This document shows, one piece after another, positions 19,424 to 29,962 of a stretch of DNA of 47,790 bases. Each line of letters opens with the position of its first letter. Position 1 is the first letter of the stretch. A model generated the notes under the pieces. It was given only the letters and a program-made list of their open reading frames with translations, was not told where the DNA came from and did no database searches. The DNA comes from an uncultured Acidobacteriota bacterium. Lineage in GTDB: Bacteria; Acidobacteriota; Vicinamibacteria; Vicinamibacterales; UBA8438. The DNA lies in assembly GCA_913043225.1 (NCBI GenBank), contig CAJWLU010000026.1:1-47790 (forward strand), written 5' to 3'. The position numbers and the translations under genes were made by a program.

Positions 19424-20623
19424 ATGTCACATACGCTTCTTCTGGCTGACGACAGCGTCACGATTCAGCGGGTGATCGAGCTCACCTTTGCCGACGAAGA
19501 TATCCGTGTCGTGGCCGTGGGCGACGGACAGCAGGCGCTCGACCGGATCGCGGCCGAGCCGCCCGACATCGTGCTGGCGGATACCGGGATGCCCGAGCGT
19601 GACGGCTACGACGTGGCGACCTACATTAAGCGGGACGCGTCACTGCGGCATATTCCCGTCGTGTTACTGACCGGAGCGTTTGAGCCGGTGGATGGCGATC
19701 GGGCTCGCGAGGCCGGGTGCGACGCCGTGCTCGTTAAACCGTTCGAACCGCAGTTGGTCATCAGCCGGGTTAAGGAGTTGCTCGGTGCGAGCCTGGCGGC
19801 GCCGACTCCATCTGCGGCGGCCTCCGAGGAGGCCGAGTCTGAGCCGCCGTCCCAGGCCGCTCTGCCGGCGTCTTCGCCCGAGCCGAATCCGCCCGAGGTG
19901 AGTCTGCCGAGCGAAATACGATTCGTTGATTCTCCGGCTGAGGTGGATGCGATTGGCGATGAGGGGGCTGTCTCGACGGATGACCCGCTGGGCGACTACC
20001 TCGATCGGATGGATGATGCGTTCGATCGACTCCAGGCGGATGAGACGATCGAGGAGCCGGCCAAGAGTCCGGAGCCGGCGAGCGGCGACGACGCGGTTGC
20101 GGAGATCGATTCTCTCGAGGGTGCGTTGAGCGCTCTCGAAGGTGCGCTCAAGACCCTGTCTTTGGAGGACGAGCCGCAGGGCGACATAGTGTCGGCGGCG
20201 CCGGTTGCATCGCCCTCCTCTGATGACCCTGTGACCGATGCCGAGTTGAGTGACCTGGACCCAGACGTGCGTGCGCCCGCTATCTCTGAGCCGGCTCCGA
20301 CCGAACTGAAGTCGGTGGTCGAACCGGCCCCGCTGGTGCCTGCGTCGGTGGATGTGCCGTCCGCCGGACGTGTGGCACCGCCGTCGCTGGCTGACGCGTT
20401 TTCGGCGCTCCTCGCGGCCGAGCGCGGCGGGACCGGCACGTCGGCGGCAGCCGCGGCCTGGTCGGGCGCGGCGTCGCCGGCCGACGATGACGCCTTTATC
20501 GATCGGGTGACCGAGCGCGTCATCGACCGGCTCTCCGATAGCGTGACGAACGACCTTGTTGCCCAGGTCGTAGCGCTGGTCGCCGAGAAGCTGGTGCGTG
20601 AGGAGTTCGATCGGATTAAGTAG
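19424..20623 (+). CDS. Response regulator with acidic Pro/Ala linker and helical C-terminus (RomR-like)
   Basis: REC domain (ADDS..VLADTGMP..LLTG..KPF), ~230-aa low-complexity linker, C-terminal VAEKLVREEFDRIK. Confidence 0.85.
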   Translation: MSHTLLLADDSVTIQRVIELTFADEDIRVVAVGDGQQALDRIAAEPPDIVLADTGMPERDGYDVATYIKRDASLRHIPVVLLTGAFEPVDGDRAREAGCDAVLVKPFEPQLVISRVKELLGASLAAPTPSAAASEEAESEPPSQAALPASSPEPNPPEVSLPSEIRFVDSPAEVDAIGDEGAVSTDDPLGDYLDRMDDAFDRLQADETIEEPAKSPEPASGDDAVAEIDSLEGALSALEGALKTLSLEDEPQGDIVSAAPVASPSSDDPVTDAELSDLDPDVRAPAISEPAPTELKSVVEPAPLVPASVDVPSAGRVAPPSLADAFSALLAAERGGTGTSAAAAAWSGAASPADDDAFIDRVTERVIDRLSDSVTNDLVAQVVALVAEKLVREEFDRIK

Positions 20624-20695
20624 TCCTGACCGGCCGCACCTTCGTCCACCATCCGTAACCTGGGCCGCCTCTGGCGGCTGATACCATGAAATGCC

Positions 20696-23362
20696 ATGCG
20701 TGAGCTGTCGAAGGGGTTCGACCATACGACGGTCGACCAGAAATGGTACGCCTTCTGGGAAAAAGCCGGCGCTTTCCGGGCCGATCCGTCATCGTCACGA
20801 CCTGCGTTCAGCATGGTGCTGCCGCCACCAAACGTTACCGGAGTGCTTCATATCGGCCACGCCCTGAACCAGACCTTACCGGACGTCGTCAGCCGGTGGA
20901 AACGGATGACCGGCCACGATGTTCTGTGGCTGCCGGGTACTGATCATGCCGGTATCGCGACGCAGAACGTGGTGGAGCGCCAGCTTGCGGCAGAAGGAAC
21001 CGATCGGCACGCGATGGGCCGCGAGGCGTTCGAGGCGCGGGTCTGGGAGTGGGCTAAGCAGAGCCATGGCACGATCACCAGCCAGATGCGGACGCTTGGT
21101 TCGTCGGTGGACTGGAGCCGGGAGCGCTTCACTCTGGACGACGACCTCTCGCGTGCGGTCCGGCGGGTGTTTGTAACCCTCTACCGCGATGGACTGATCT
21201 ACCGCGGCAAGTACATCGTGAATTGGTGTACTCGCTGCCGCACTGCCCTTTCTGATCTTGAGGTGACCCACGACCCAGTCGAGGGGAAGCTCTACCACAT
21301 CCGGTATCTGACGGTCGACGGTGGCGACGGCGTGGTGGTGGCGACCACCCGGCCCGAGACAATGCTGGGCGATACCGCCGTGGCGGTACACCCCGAGGAT
21401 GAGCGTTACCGGGACTACATCGGGCAGACCCTGCGGCTGCCGATTCTCGACCGCGAGTTGCCGCTCATCGCCGACGACTTCGTAGACAGGGAGTTCGGGA
21501 CCGGTGCGGTGAAGGTGACGCCGGCGCACGATCCTAACGACTTCGAGATGGGGCAGCGCCACGATCTGCCGCAGGTGGCAGTGATCGGCGAGGACGGAAA
21601 GATGACCGCCGCTGCGGGGCACTACGAGGGCCAGGACCGTTTCGCGGCGCGCAAGGCGCTCGTGGCGCAGCTCGAAGAAGACGGCCGGCTCTTGCAGGTC
21701 GACGACCACAGCCACGCTGTGGGGCATTGCAGCCGTTGCGGGACGGTCGTCGAGCCGCTGGTGTCTACCCAGTGGTTCGTCAAGATCAAGCCGCTGGCCG
21801 AGCCAGCGATCGCCGCCGTTGAGGACGGCCGCACCAAGTTCGTGCCTGACAACTGGGCTCGCACCTACTTCGAGTGGATGACGAATATCCACGACTGGTG
21901 CATTTCTCGACAGCTGTGGTGGGGCCACCGTGTGCCCGCCTGGTACTGCGATACCTGCGGGGCCGTGCGCGTCGAGGAGCAGGCGCCGGAGGCTTGCACG
22001 TGCGGGGCAGAGCTCCGTCAGGACACCGACGTGCTCGACACCTGGTTCAGCTCGGGACTCTGGCCCTTCAGTACGATGGGGTGGCCGGACGAGACCGAGG
22101 ACCTGATGCGCTACTACCCGACCAGCGTGATGATCACCGGGCTGGACATCATCTTCTTCTGGGTGGCTCGGATGATGATGTTGGGAATGAAGTTCGCCGG
22201 GGAGGTACCGTTCAAGACCGTCTATATCACTTCACTGGTACGCGACGAACAGGGCAAGAAGATGAGCAAGTCGCGTGGCAACGTGGTCAATCCGCTGGAG
22301 GTGATGGATGACATCGGGGCCGATGCGTTTCGCTTTACGCTGGCTGCGCTGGCGTCGCCCGGGATGGACATCTCGTTGTCCGAGGGACGGCTCCGCGGCT
22401 ATCGTCAGTTCGTCAATAAGATCTGGAATGCCTCCAGGTTCTTGCTGATGAATCTGCCCGACGACCTCGAAGAGCAGCCCGAGGTGCCGGCTCGAGGCGA
22501 GCTCGAGACGATCCACCGCTGGATTCTGCATCGGTCGAGCGTGCTGGCCTGTGAGGTGGGCGCGGCGCTCGAGGCCTTCCGTTTCGACGTGGCCGCGGAT
22601 CGGCTCTATCACTTCTTCTGGCACGAATATGCGGACTGGTACATCGAGCTGGTGAAGCCGCACCTGCAGGCCGAGGGAGCGGAACTGGACCGGGCGCGAG
22701 CGGTGTTGCTGACCGTGCATGATCGCGTGCTCCGATTGCTCCATCCGTTCATGCCGTTCGTGACCGAGGAGCTTTGGCAGACCCTGCCGGCGGTGCCGGG
22801 TGACGGATTGACCCCTGACGGCCAGGCGCGCACCATCACCCGGGCCCGTTTTCCCGAACGCGTCGACGCATGGACCGATCTGGACGCGGTAGCCGAGATC
22901 GAACTGTTCCAGGAGGTGGTTACCACTATCAGAACGGTGCGCGCCGAACTTGGGGTGCCGCCCTCCCGGAAGATCGTGACGCTCATCGAAGGGGCCGATG
23001 ATGACGTTCGTACGGTTCTCAACCGGCACGGCGACTACGTCAGGCGACTGGCTGGTCTCGAGACACTGACCTTCACTGAGACGGTCGAGCGCGACCCGGA
23101 TACGGTCCGGCGCGTCGTGCGTCAGATGCGTCTCTATCTGCCGCTGGCCGGCGTTATCGATCGCGATGCCGAGACGGCGCGCGTGCGCAAAGAGCTCGAC
23201 AAGCTGGCTAAGCAGCTCGGCGGGCTCGAGGGGAAGCTGGGCAACCCGAAGTTTCGCGAGCGGGCGGCGCCGGAGGTGGTTTCCGAGGCTGAAGCGCAGC
23301 AGCGGGCCGCGCTCGAGCGCCGGTCCCAGCTCGAGCAGATCCTCGAGGAGTTGACGCTGTGA
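20696..23362 (+). CDS. valS: Valyl-tRNA synthetase
   Basis: [37 protein letters not shown]-terminal coiled coil. Confidence 0.98.
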   Translation: MRELSKGFDHTTVDQKWYAFWEKAGAFRADPSSSRPAFSMVLPPPNVTGVLHIGHALNQTLPDVVSRWKRMTGHDVLWLPGTDHAGIATQNVVERQLAAEGTDRHAMGREAFEARVWEWAKQSHGTITSQMRTLGSSVDWSRERFTLDDDLSRAVRRVFVTLYRDGLIYRGKYIVNWCTRCRTALSDLEVTHDPVEGKLYHIRYLTVDGGDGVVVATTRPETMLGDTAVAVHPEDERYRDYIGQTLRLPILDRELPLIADDFVDREFGTGAVKVTPAHDPNDFEMGQRHDLPQVAVIGEDGKMTAAAGHYEGQDRFAARKALVAQLEEDGRLLQVDDHSHAVGHCSRCGTVVEPLVSTQWFVKIKPLAEPAIAAVEDGRTKFVPDNWARTYFEWMTNIHDWCISRQLWWGHRVPAWYCDTCGAVRVEEQAPEACTCGAELRQDTDVLDTWFSSGLWPFSTMGWPDETEDLMRYYPTSVMITGLDIIFFWVARMMMLGMKFAGEVPFKTVYITSLVRDEQGKKMSKSRGNVVNPLEVMDDIGADAFRFTLAALASPGMDISLSEGRLRGYRQFVNKIWNASRFLLMNLPDDLEEQPEVPARGELETIHRWILHRSSVLACEVGAALEAFRFDVAADRLYHFFWHEYADWYIELVKPHLQAEGAELDRARAVLLTVHDRVLRLLHPFMPFVTEELWQTLPAVPGDGLTPDGQARTITRARFPERVDAWTDLDAVAEIELFQEVVTTIRTVRAELGVPPSRKIVTLIEGADDDVRTVLNRHGDYVRRLAGLETLTFTETVERDPDTVRRVVRQMRLYLPLAGVIDRDAETARVRKELDKLAKQLGGLEGKLGNPKFRERAAPEVVSEAEAQQRAALERRSQLEQILEELTL

Positions 23363-23715
23363 CAGTGGCTCCGTTCGCGTCACTGGGTCCCGCGGTCTAC
23401 CGGGAGGTTGTGCGATGGGCGCTGGCCGAAGACGTACGCTGGGGCGATGTCACGACCGAGGAGACGCCCATCAACTTTCTGTCACGTCTGTGCGGTGTCG
23501 CCAGCGAGATCCGCGCGTTCGCCGATGTCTGCCAGGGGCGGATGACGTTGCTGGACACCGGCGCGACCACACCTATCCTGCGCGCGCTTGAGGCCTGCGC
23601 CGTTTGGATGGGGCTATATGATGGCGTGCGAGTAACCGCCAATCATGTGCGGTTGGCAGGCAGGGTCGGCGAGGCGGTGACCGCAGCGGTCGTCCCGGTC
23701 GAGCTTGACGCCTAG
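23359..23715 (+). pseudogene. nadC: Internally deleted quinolinate phosphoribosyltransferase remnant
   Basis: ALAED..GDVTT joined directly to INFLSRLCGVA..LLDTGATTP.LRALE..AV..G LYDG....NHV. 118 aa, against ~280 aa for a typical NadC. Confidence 0.85.
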
Positions 23716-23737
23716 CCTTTCCGGAGGACGGCGAGGC

Positions 23738-24562
23738 GTGAGCTGGCCAGGGGACGAGAAGGAGACTGCGGCCTGCGTTCGACGGAGCGCCGCGCGGATC
23801 GATCCTTTCGGTCGCAACCTGCACCTGTTTGCCGAAGTCGGCTCGACCAGCGACGAGATCGTCCGCTTGGCCGACCAGGGCGCCCCCCACGGGACCGTCG
23901 TAGTAGCCCGTGCCCAGACCGCCGGACGCGGACGGCACGGCAACCGCTGGTTCTCTCCATCCGGTAGCGGTCTCTATCTGTCGGCCCTGCTACGTATGCC
24001 GGCGGCGCCACTGTTGACGCTGGTCACGGGTGTGGTGGTAGCAGAGACGCTGCGTGAGGTGGTATCGCTCCCGGTCGAGCTGGAGTGGCCGAACGACGTC
24101 GTTGTGGTGGTCGACGGCCAGCGACGCAAGGTGGCCGGGATCCTGGCCGAGAACGCGACTGTCCGGGCTAACGGTGATTCGTCCAGGGTCGTCGTGGGCA
24201 TCGGGATCAATCTGGCCGAGGGTGCCTGGCCCACGGAGCTGTCCTGGCAGGCCGCGTCGGTCGCCGGATTGACCGGCGTGCCCGTGGACGGGGACCTGCT
24301 ATTGGTCGAGGTGTTGGCTGCGTTGGCCTCCAGCGTCGACGCATTGGCGCGAGGGGACACGCTCGGTCTTTGCGCACGCTGGAGCCGGTTGGCGCCCTCG
24401 AGCGCCGGCACCAGGGTCACCTGGTCGGGACCGCAAGGGCGGGCGGAAGGTACGACGGTCGGCGTCGACACCGATGGAGCGTTGCTCGTTCGCACCGAAC
24501 ACGGAATTGAGCGCCTGACCGGCGGCGAGGTACGCCATCTCCGACGAGAGAAGAACCAGTGA
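23738..24562 (+). CDS. birA: Biotin-protein ligase (no HTH domain)
   Basis: QTAGRGR, WPNDV, RKVAGIL, GIGIN; GGAGG RBS before GTG 23738. Confidence 0.92.
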   Translation: MSWPGDEKETAACVRRSAARIDPFGRNLHLFAEVGSTSDEIVRLADQGAPHGTVVVARAQTAGRGRHGNRWFSPSGSGLYLSALLRMPAAPLLTLVTGVVVAETLREVVSLPVELEWPNDVVVVVDGQRRKVAGILAENATVRANGDSSRVVVGIGINLAEGAWPTELSWQAASVAGLTGVPVDGDLLLVEVLAALASSVDALARGDTLGLCARWSRLAPSSAGTRVTWSGPQGRAEGTTVGVDTDGALLVRTEHGIERLTGGEVRHLRREKNQ

Positions 24563-25275
24563 ATGTAGCCGAATACTGCCGGGAGATCGAAGCGTACCTG
24601 TGCCGGCAGAACGGCGGGCACCTTATCCGCATCGTCGGCCCCGCCTTCGAACGGATCAGCCGATGGGCGGCCGACGGTGTGCCGTTCCGGGTGGTTACCG
24701 AAGGAATCGACCGCAAGCTGACACGAAAGCGAGCGATTGGGGGGCGCTCCAGACCGGTTCGGATCGAGCACTGCGAGGCAGATGTCCTGGCCGCGTTCGA
24801 TGAGTGGCGACGGGCGGTTGGCGTGACCGCCGCCGTAGACAAGACACACGGCAAGCCGGCCTCTGGCGAGCTGGCCCCTACGGTGAGCCGACACCGCAGT
24901 CTTCCTCGCCATCTCGAACGGGTCCAGACGCAGCTGACGAACCTGCTGGCTGAGCCGGAGATGAGGGCCGGGTTGCACGCGGCGCTCGACGCAGCGATCC
25001 GGGCACTCGACGCGCTGGGCGAAGTTGGTGTGACGAGAGGCGCCGCGCGAGACGGAGTCGTTGCCAGCTTGGCGGAGATCGATGCGGCGCTGCTTGCCTC
25101 TTCCCGGGCGGCGGCGGATGAGCTCGTGCCGGCTCTGGTCGACGCAGCCGAGGGAGAGCTTCGGGGCTTCCGTTCCAGGATGTCGACCGCCGACTACGAC
25201 AGTGCCCTCTACGCCGCCGTCGGTTGCCTGTTGCGGCGACGTCTCAAGCTACCCACTATCGTCTTTGAACCATGA
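24559..25275 (+). CDS. Hypothetical helical protein
   Basis: 238-aa ORF coupled by 4-bp overlaps to both birA and the methyltransferase gene. Confidence 0.75.
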   Translation: MNVAEYCREIEAYLCRQNGGHLIRIVGPAFERISRWAADGVPFRVVTEGIDRKLTRKRAIGGRSRPVRIEHCEADVLAAFDEWRRAVGVTAAVDKTHGKPASGELAPTVSRHRSLPRHLERVQTQLTNLLAEPEMRAGLHAALDAAIRALDALGEVGVTRGAARDGVVASLAEIDAALLASSRAAADELVPALVDAAEGELRGFRSRMSTADYDSALYAAVGCLLRRRLKLPTIVFEP

Positions 25276-26573
25276 CCGACGCGCCGGTTGACCTCATCGA
25301 GCTCGACGTAGAGCGTCCCGCCGTGGGGGGGCGGATGATAGCCCGTCATGATGGGCGGGTCGTGCTGGTGTCTGGCGCTATTCCCGGCGAGCGAGTCCGG
25401 GCACGTGTCGAACGTCGGCGACCGTCTCTCCTGCTGGCGAACACGGTCGAGGTGCTCGACGCTAGTTCCGATCGTCGCTCCGTTGCTGGGGATGAGCTGT
25501 GTGGTGGACGCGATTTCGCCCATATCGACTATCAGCGGCAGCGTGCGCTTAAGTCGCAGATCGTGGCTGACGCCTTCCGGCGGATTGGCCGGATCCCCCT
25601 TGAGGGCGGCGGTCCGGTCGTGGTTGGGTCTCCCGAACGGGGGTATCGCGCCAGGGCCAGGCTGCATGTCCAGGATGGGCGTCTCGGGTTCCTGCTGTCG
25701 GGCACCCATCAGTTGTGTGCGGTGAGTGAGACGTCCCAGCTGCTGCCGGCGACTGAACGGGTGATCGGCGCGCTCGAGTCGAGCGCGCCGATGCTTCGCG
25801 AAGCCGGGGTCGAGTCGCTTGAACTGGCCGAGGATCTGGTCGGCGGGCAGCGGGTCATCCACCTGCAGGTCGAAACTGATCTTGCGGTGGCCGAAGCCAC
25901 GCTCACCCCGATGCTCGAAACAGCCGGGGTGAGTGGCTGGTCGCTCTCGTCGGCGCGAGTGGCCGCTCCCCCATGCGTGCTGGCCGGCCACACGCGCGTG
26001 ATCGATCCGCTCTCCTCGTTCCTCCCTACCCCGGGCGCCGGTGTGTTGTCGCTCGGGCGTCACCCGACGTCGTTCTTTCAGGCGAATCGCTATCTCACGC
26101 CGGAGCTCGTGGCCACGGTGGACCGGTTGGCAACTGAGGACAGGATTGTGGATCTCTATGCCGGCGTCGGGCTGTTTGCCGTGGCGCTAGCGGCCTCCAG
26201 AGGCGGTCGTGTCATCGCGGTCGAGCAGGATCCGGTCGGGGCCGCCGACCTGCGGCGTAACGCCGAACCGCTGGTGCCAGCCGTCTACGTGGTGGAGGCG
26301 TCCGTTGAGGACTATCTGGCTGGCGACTCCCATCTGAGAGGGGCGACTGTGCTCGTCGATCCCCCGCGGGTCGGGCTCAGCGCGGATGTGAGGCACGCCC
26401 TGATTGACCACCGTCCGGCGGAGTTGGTTTACGTGTCCTGCGATGTGGCGACGCAGGCGCGGGATCTGAGGGCGCTCGTTGAGGCGGGATACGGGTTGGA
26501 GGAACTGGTAGCGCTCGACATGTTCCCGGGCACGGCCCATGTCGAGACCGTAGCGCGGCTCCGCGCGGCCTGA
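25272..26573 (+). CDS. RlmD/TrmA-family RNA m5U methyltransferase with TRAM domain
   Basis: GAIPGERV, SFFQAN, DLYAGVGLF, DPPRVG, YVSCD, DMFPGTAHVE. Confidence 0.9.
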   Translation: MTDAPVDLIELDVERPAVGGRMIARHDGRVVLVSGAIPGERVRARVERRRPSLLLANTVEVLDASSDRRSVAGDELCGGRDFAHIDYQRQRALKSQIVADAFRRIGRIPLEGGGPVVVGSPERGYRARARLHVQDGRLGFLLSGTHQLCAVSETSQLLPATERVIGALESSAPMLREAGVESLELAEDLVGGQRVIHLQVETDLAVAEATLTPMLETAGVSGWSLSSARVAAPPCVLAGHTRVIDPLSSFLPTPGAGVLSLGRHPTSFFQANRYLTPELVATVDRLATEDRIVDLYAGVGLFAVALAASRGGRVIAVEQDPVGAADLRRNAEPLVPAVYVVEASVEDYLAGDSHLRGATVLVDPPRVGLSADVRHALIDHRPAELVYVSCDVATQARDLRALVEAGYGLEELVALDMFPGTAHVETVARLRAA

Positions 26574-26616
26574 ACCGGACACCTACACTCGCTCCGGGAC
26601 GTCACGAGATGCCGCG

Positions 26617-28626
26617 TTACATGCGTTCCGGCACCTCACAGCCCATCAGATCCAGGGCTCGGGTCAGCTGGCTCTCGAAGTAGAGGACCCCGACGGCGCG
26701 CCATCGCCGTACCGTCTCCCGCTCCTCCGCTCGCACTGGACTGCTGTGATAGAACGTGTTGAACCGCTGCGCTAGGCCGAAGGCGTATTTTGCCAGCACG
26801 GAAAGCTCGAGCGTGCGCACCGCCTGTTCCGCCACCTCGTCGAGCCGTGAGGCTTCCAGTACTAGATCCCAGAGTCCGTCTCCCTCTTCGTCGTCGAGTC
26901 CTTCGGAGGGCAGCGCGTCGAGCCCGGTGAGGATGGCGTCTCGATCGAGAGCAAGCTCTGTTTCTAGCTTCTGGAGGATCTTCCGGGCTCGCACTGCTGC
27001 GTACTGCAGGTACGGGCCGGTCTCGCCTTCGAAGCTCAGGGCCTCGTCGATGTCGAACGCAATTACCTTACCGCGCGAGAACTTGACCATGAAGTAGCGG
27101 ATGGCGGCGGTGGCGATGATGGTGGCGATCCGGCGTCGGCCCTCCGCATCGAGGTCCACCTGTCGGTTCGCGACCTCCTGCTCGGCATGGTCTCTGACCT
27201 GGTCGAGCAGGTCGTCGGCCTTAACGCCCAGGCCTTTCCGGCCCGAGACCTCGACGAAGGGGCGTCCGTTATCCTCGGTCTGATAGCCAAGGGCTTGGGC
27301 CGTGGCCTTGGAGAGCGCCACCATCTCGTAGGAGAAGTGGACGGAACGCTCCGCTTCGTCCGGATGGTCGAGCGCCGTCAGAGCCTGGATTAGGAGCTGT
27401 TGCAGGTAGCTTTGACGCGTATCGATGACGTTGTAGACCGCTCCGGCCTGTCCGAACGCTGGGACTGGCCCCTGAGTGCCGTCGGTCGACGGGTCGCCGC
27501 TGGTCGTCGCCCAGAGCGGGCGACCGGAGTCCTGGTAACCGAACAAGCGGTAGTGGAAGTCTTGGCCCAGCAGCCCAAACTTCCAGAGCTGATAGGCGAT
27601 GTCCTTGCCAACGTAGGTCACCGTCCCATTTGAACGAACGATGACCTTGAGCCGCGTGTCGAGGGCGTCGGCAGCGTCGTCCGAGACGTCCTCGTCCTCG
27701 GCCGAGCTTTCGTCGATCGGCATCACCCAGCAGCCGGCTAGCCGGCCCTCCGGTTGTAGGAAGACCGTGCCGGTCGACTTGAGGATCTCGAAGGCGCGGT
27801 CCCAGAACTGCATCCGGAGGATGTCGCCCTCCCAGCTGAGCAGGTCGTACTCGACCCCGAACCTGGACATGGTCCGGAGATGGCAGCGGACGATCCGGTC
27901 GGTGACGATCGCGCCGATCTTGGACGTAGGTGCGACCCCGTGCTCGAGGTCGTGGAGCGTGTCCCGACGGTGTGACAGGCGCGCCTCGTCCTCTTCATAC
28001 CAAGTGGTCACCCGTGCGTAGAGATCCCAGCAGTAGTAGTCGAACCGGTCTTCGTCGGCAAGTGCGACCACCTCATCAAGGCTCTTGTCCTCAAGCACTC
28101 GCAGCCCGACGATGACATCGGCTACCTGAACCCCGGTGTCGTCGATGTAGTTCTGCACCTCAATCGAGGCGCCCCGATAGGTGAGCAACCGGCAGAGGGT
28201 GTCGCCGAGGGCGGCGTTGCGGAGGTGACCGACGTGGGCTGCCTTGTTTGGGTTGATGGCGGTGTGCTCAACAATAGTCTTGACCGCGTCACCGCTCGGC
28301 GCCGCTGCCGCGATCCCGCCTAGCCAGGCGCGGCAGAAAGCCGGCCGGTCGATGAACAGGTTCAGATAGCCGGCGCCGGTGGCTTCGAGACGGCCAAGTT
28401 CGCTCTTGGCGCCGATCGTCTCGACGATTTCCTGCGCGATGACGCGGGGGGACTTTCTCAGTGTTCGGGCTAGCTCGAACGCCACCGTGACGGCGAGGTC
28501 GCCCATGCGCCGCTGTGGCGGGTATTCAATGACCACCGACGGAAGCGATGCCTCGTCAAGCGAGTAGCGGTCGCGAAGCGCGTGCAGAATCCGTTCTCGG
28601 AGTGTGCTGTGGAGCGGCAGAATCAT
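26617..28626 (-). CDS. argS: Arginyl-tRNA synthetase
   Basis: EHTAINPNKAAHVGHLRN, SGRKG, FEGETGPYLQY, C-terminal ERM. Confidence 0.96.
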   Translation of the reverse strand: MILPLHSTLRERILHALRDRYSLDEASLPSVVIEYPPQRRMGDLAVTVAFELARTLRKSPRVIAQEIVETIGAKSELGRLEATGAGYLNLFIDRPAFCRAWLGGIAAAAPSGDAVKTIVEHTAINPNKAAHVGHLRNAALGDTLCRLLTYRGASIEVQNYIDDTGVQVADVIVGLRVLEDKSLDEVVALADEDRFDYYCWDLYARVTTWYEEDEARLSHRRDTLHDLEHGVAPTSKIGAIVTDRIVRCHLRTMSRFGVEYDLLSWEGDILRMQFWDRAFEILKSTGTVFLQPEGRLAGCWVMPIDESSAEDEDVSDDAADALDTRLKVIVRSNGTVTYVGKDIAYQLWKFGLLGQDFHYRLFGYQDSGRPLWATTSGDPSTDGTQGPVPAFGQAGAVYNVIDTRQSYLQQLLIQALTALDHPDEAERSVHFSYEMVALSKATAQALGYQTEDNGRPFVEVSGRKGLGVKADDLLDQVRDHAEQEVANRQVDLDAEGRRRIATIIATAAIRYFMVKFSRGKVIAFDIDEALSFEGETGPYLQYAAVRARKILQKLETELALDRDAILTGLDALPSEGLDDEEGDGLWDLVLEASRLDEVAEQAVRTLELSVLAKYAFGLAQRFNTFYHSSPVRAEERETVRRWRAVGVLYFESQLTRALDLMGCEVPERM

Positions 28627-29255
28627 GAGCGAGCCGGGTGGATGGGTGCCAGGTGGTCTTCGGTCCGGGTGCGGGCCAGGTTCGTGGCCTGGGCCAGGTC
28701 CTCGGGAGTATTCACGTTACAGAATAGCCGCGTCGGGCGCCCGAAGGCGCCGATCTCGACGGGGCCGACTGTAGTAACCCGTAAGTCGTCGAGCATGTCC
28801 ATCACACTGAGCCGGCCGTCATCGAGCTTCGTTCGTAGTATCGGCGCGCAGCGGCGGTCGTAGACCGCGCACAGCGGCTGCAGCCCCTCGTCGTCACGTG
28901 GGACCGCCGCGTCGGCATCACCCAGTCGGTGGTGCAGGTGACGAAGGAACGGCCCGTGCAGAAACGGCAGATCGGCAGCGACTACCAGTGTGTGCGAGGT
29001 GGGGGAGCGCGTCAGCGCGGTATAGATCCCACCCAGTGGTCCGGCGGCCGTTATAAGATCCGCGCACACCCGTAGTCCTGAAGTCCGGAAGCGGTTAAGG
29101 TCGTTCGTGACGATCAGGACATGCTCGGCTACCTGTCCCAGTACGGACAGCTGCCGGTGAATGATACGCGCGCCACCGACGGCCAGGTCGCTCTTCGACC
29201 GGCCTCCGAGCCGACGTGCCCGGCCGCCCGCGATTATGGCCGCGGTCAGCGTCAC
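28623..29255 (-). CDS. mobA: Molybdenum cofactor guanylyltransferase
   Basis: IAGGRARRLGG..K, GPLGGI, ADLPF, QPLCAVY, NVNTPED. Confidence 0.88.
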   Translation of the reverse strand: MTLTAAIIAGGRARRLGGRSKSDLAVGGARIIHRQLSVLGQVAEHVLIVTNDLNRFRTSGLRVCADLITAAGPLGGIYTALTRSPTSHTLVVAADLPFLHGPFLRHLHHRLGDADAAVPRDDEGLQPLCAVYDRRCAPILRTKLDDGRLSVMDMLDDLRVTTVGPVEIGAFGRPTRLFCNVNTPEDLAQATNLARTRTEDHLAPIHPARS

Positions 29256-29288
29256 TAGCCCGTTACCTTAGCAGATCCCCCGTTCCTC

Positions 29289-29876
29289 ATGTCGGAGCCG
29301 CAAATCGGACGTGCACTCGCCAGCGGGTTGCATCAGGCGATCACCGAGCTGATGCCCACCCGGGTCGAGTTCTACGAAAGCTGGATTACGCCCAAACGGA
29401 TTCGGGAGGGTCAGTTGGGCCGAGCCCGGGTGACCGCGGTCATCAGTTTCCTTCGCGAGGAGGCGGCCTACGAAGCGGTCATGTCGAAGGCCGGCCGCTA
29501 TACCACCGACTGGACGCTAGACACGCTGTCTGGGACTAGTCGCGCGATACTGAACCGGCTTCCGCAGCCTCTCCGCGTGCGCGGGGTCCTCAGGGTGGCC
29601 AACTGGGTCGTCCGTGAGTTCCACGATGAGGTGCGTCTGGAGCATCGAGTGCACCGCGGGGTGGCGGTGGTCACCGTGGAGGGCTCACTCTTCTGCCAGG
29701 TCCGCGAACCGACCGAGCGGCCCATGTGCCGGTTCTATTGCGCCGTCATCGAGCGGTGCCTAGAGGTCTTCGGCCTGGAGGGCGAGGCGGAGTCATCGAA
29801 GTGCTGTGCGATCGGCCAACCCGCCTGCGAGCTGACCGTGGACACGACGGGTCGCGAGACCTCGAATGCGCCCTGA
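29289..29876 (+). CDS. V4R/BchJ-like domain protein
   Basis: C-terminal SLFC..PMCRFY..ESSKCCAIGQPACEL, resembling the V4R Cys pattern. Confidence 0.6.
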   Translation: MSEPQIGRALASGLHQAITELMPTRVEFYESWITPKRIREGQLGRARVTAVISFLREEAAYEAVMSKAGRYTTDWTLDTLSGTSRAILNRLPQPLRVRGVLRVANWVVREFHDEVRLEHRVHRGVAVVTVEGSLFCQVREPTERPMCRFYCAVIERCLEVFGLEGEAESSKCCAIGQPACELTVDTTGRETSNAP

Positions 29877-29962
29877 TCGCGGCCTGCCTTGCGTTCGATC
29901 GAGGGCCGCGATACCGTTTGGAAGAAGGGGTCTCATCCATCCGGCACCGCCGAAACGTCGCC

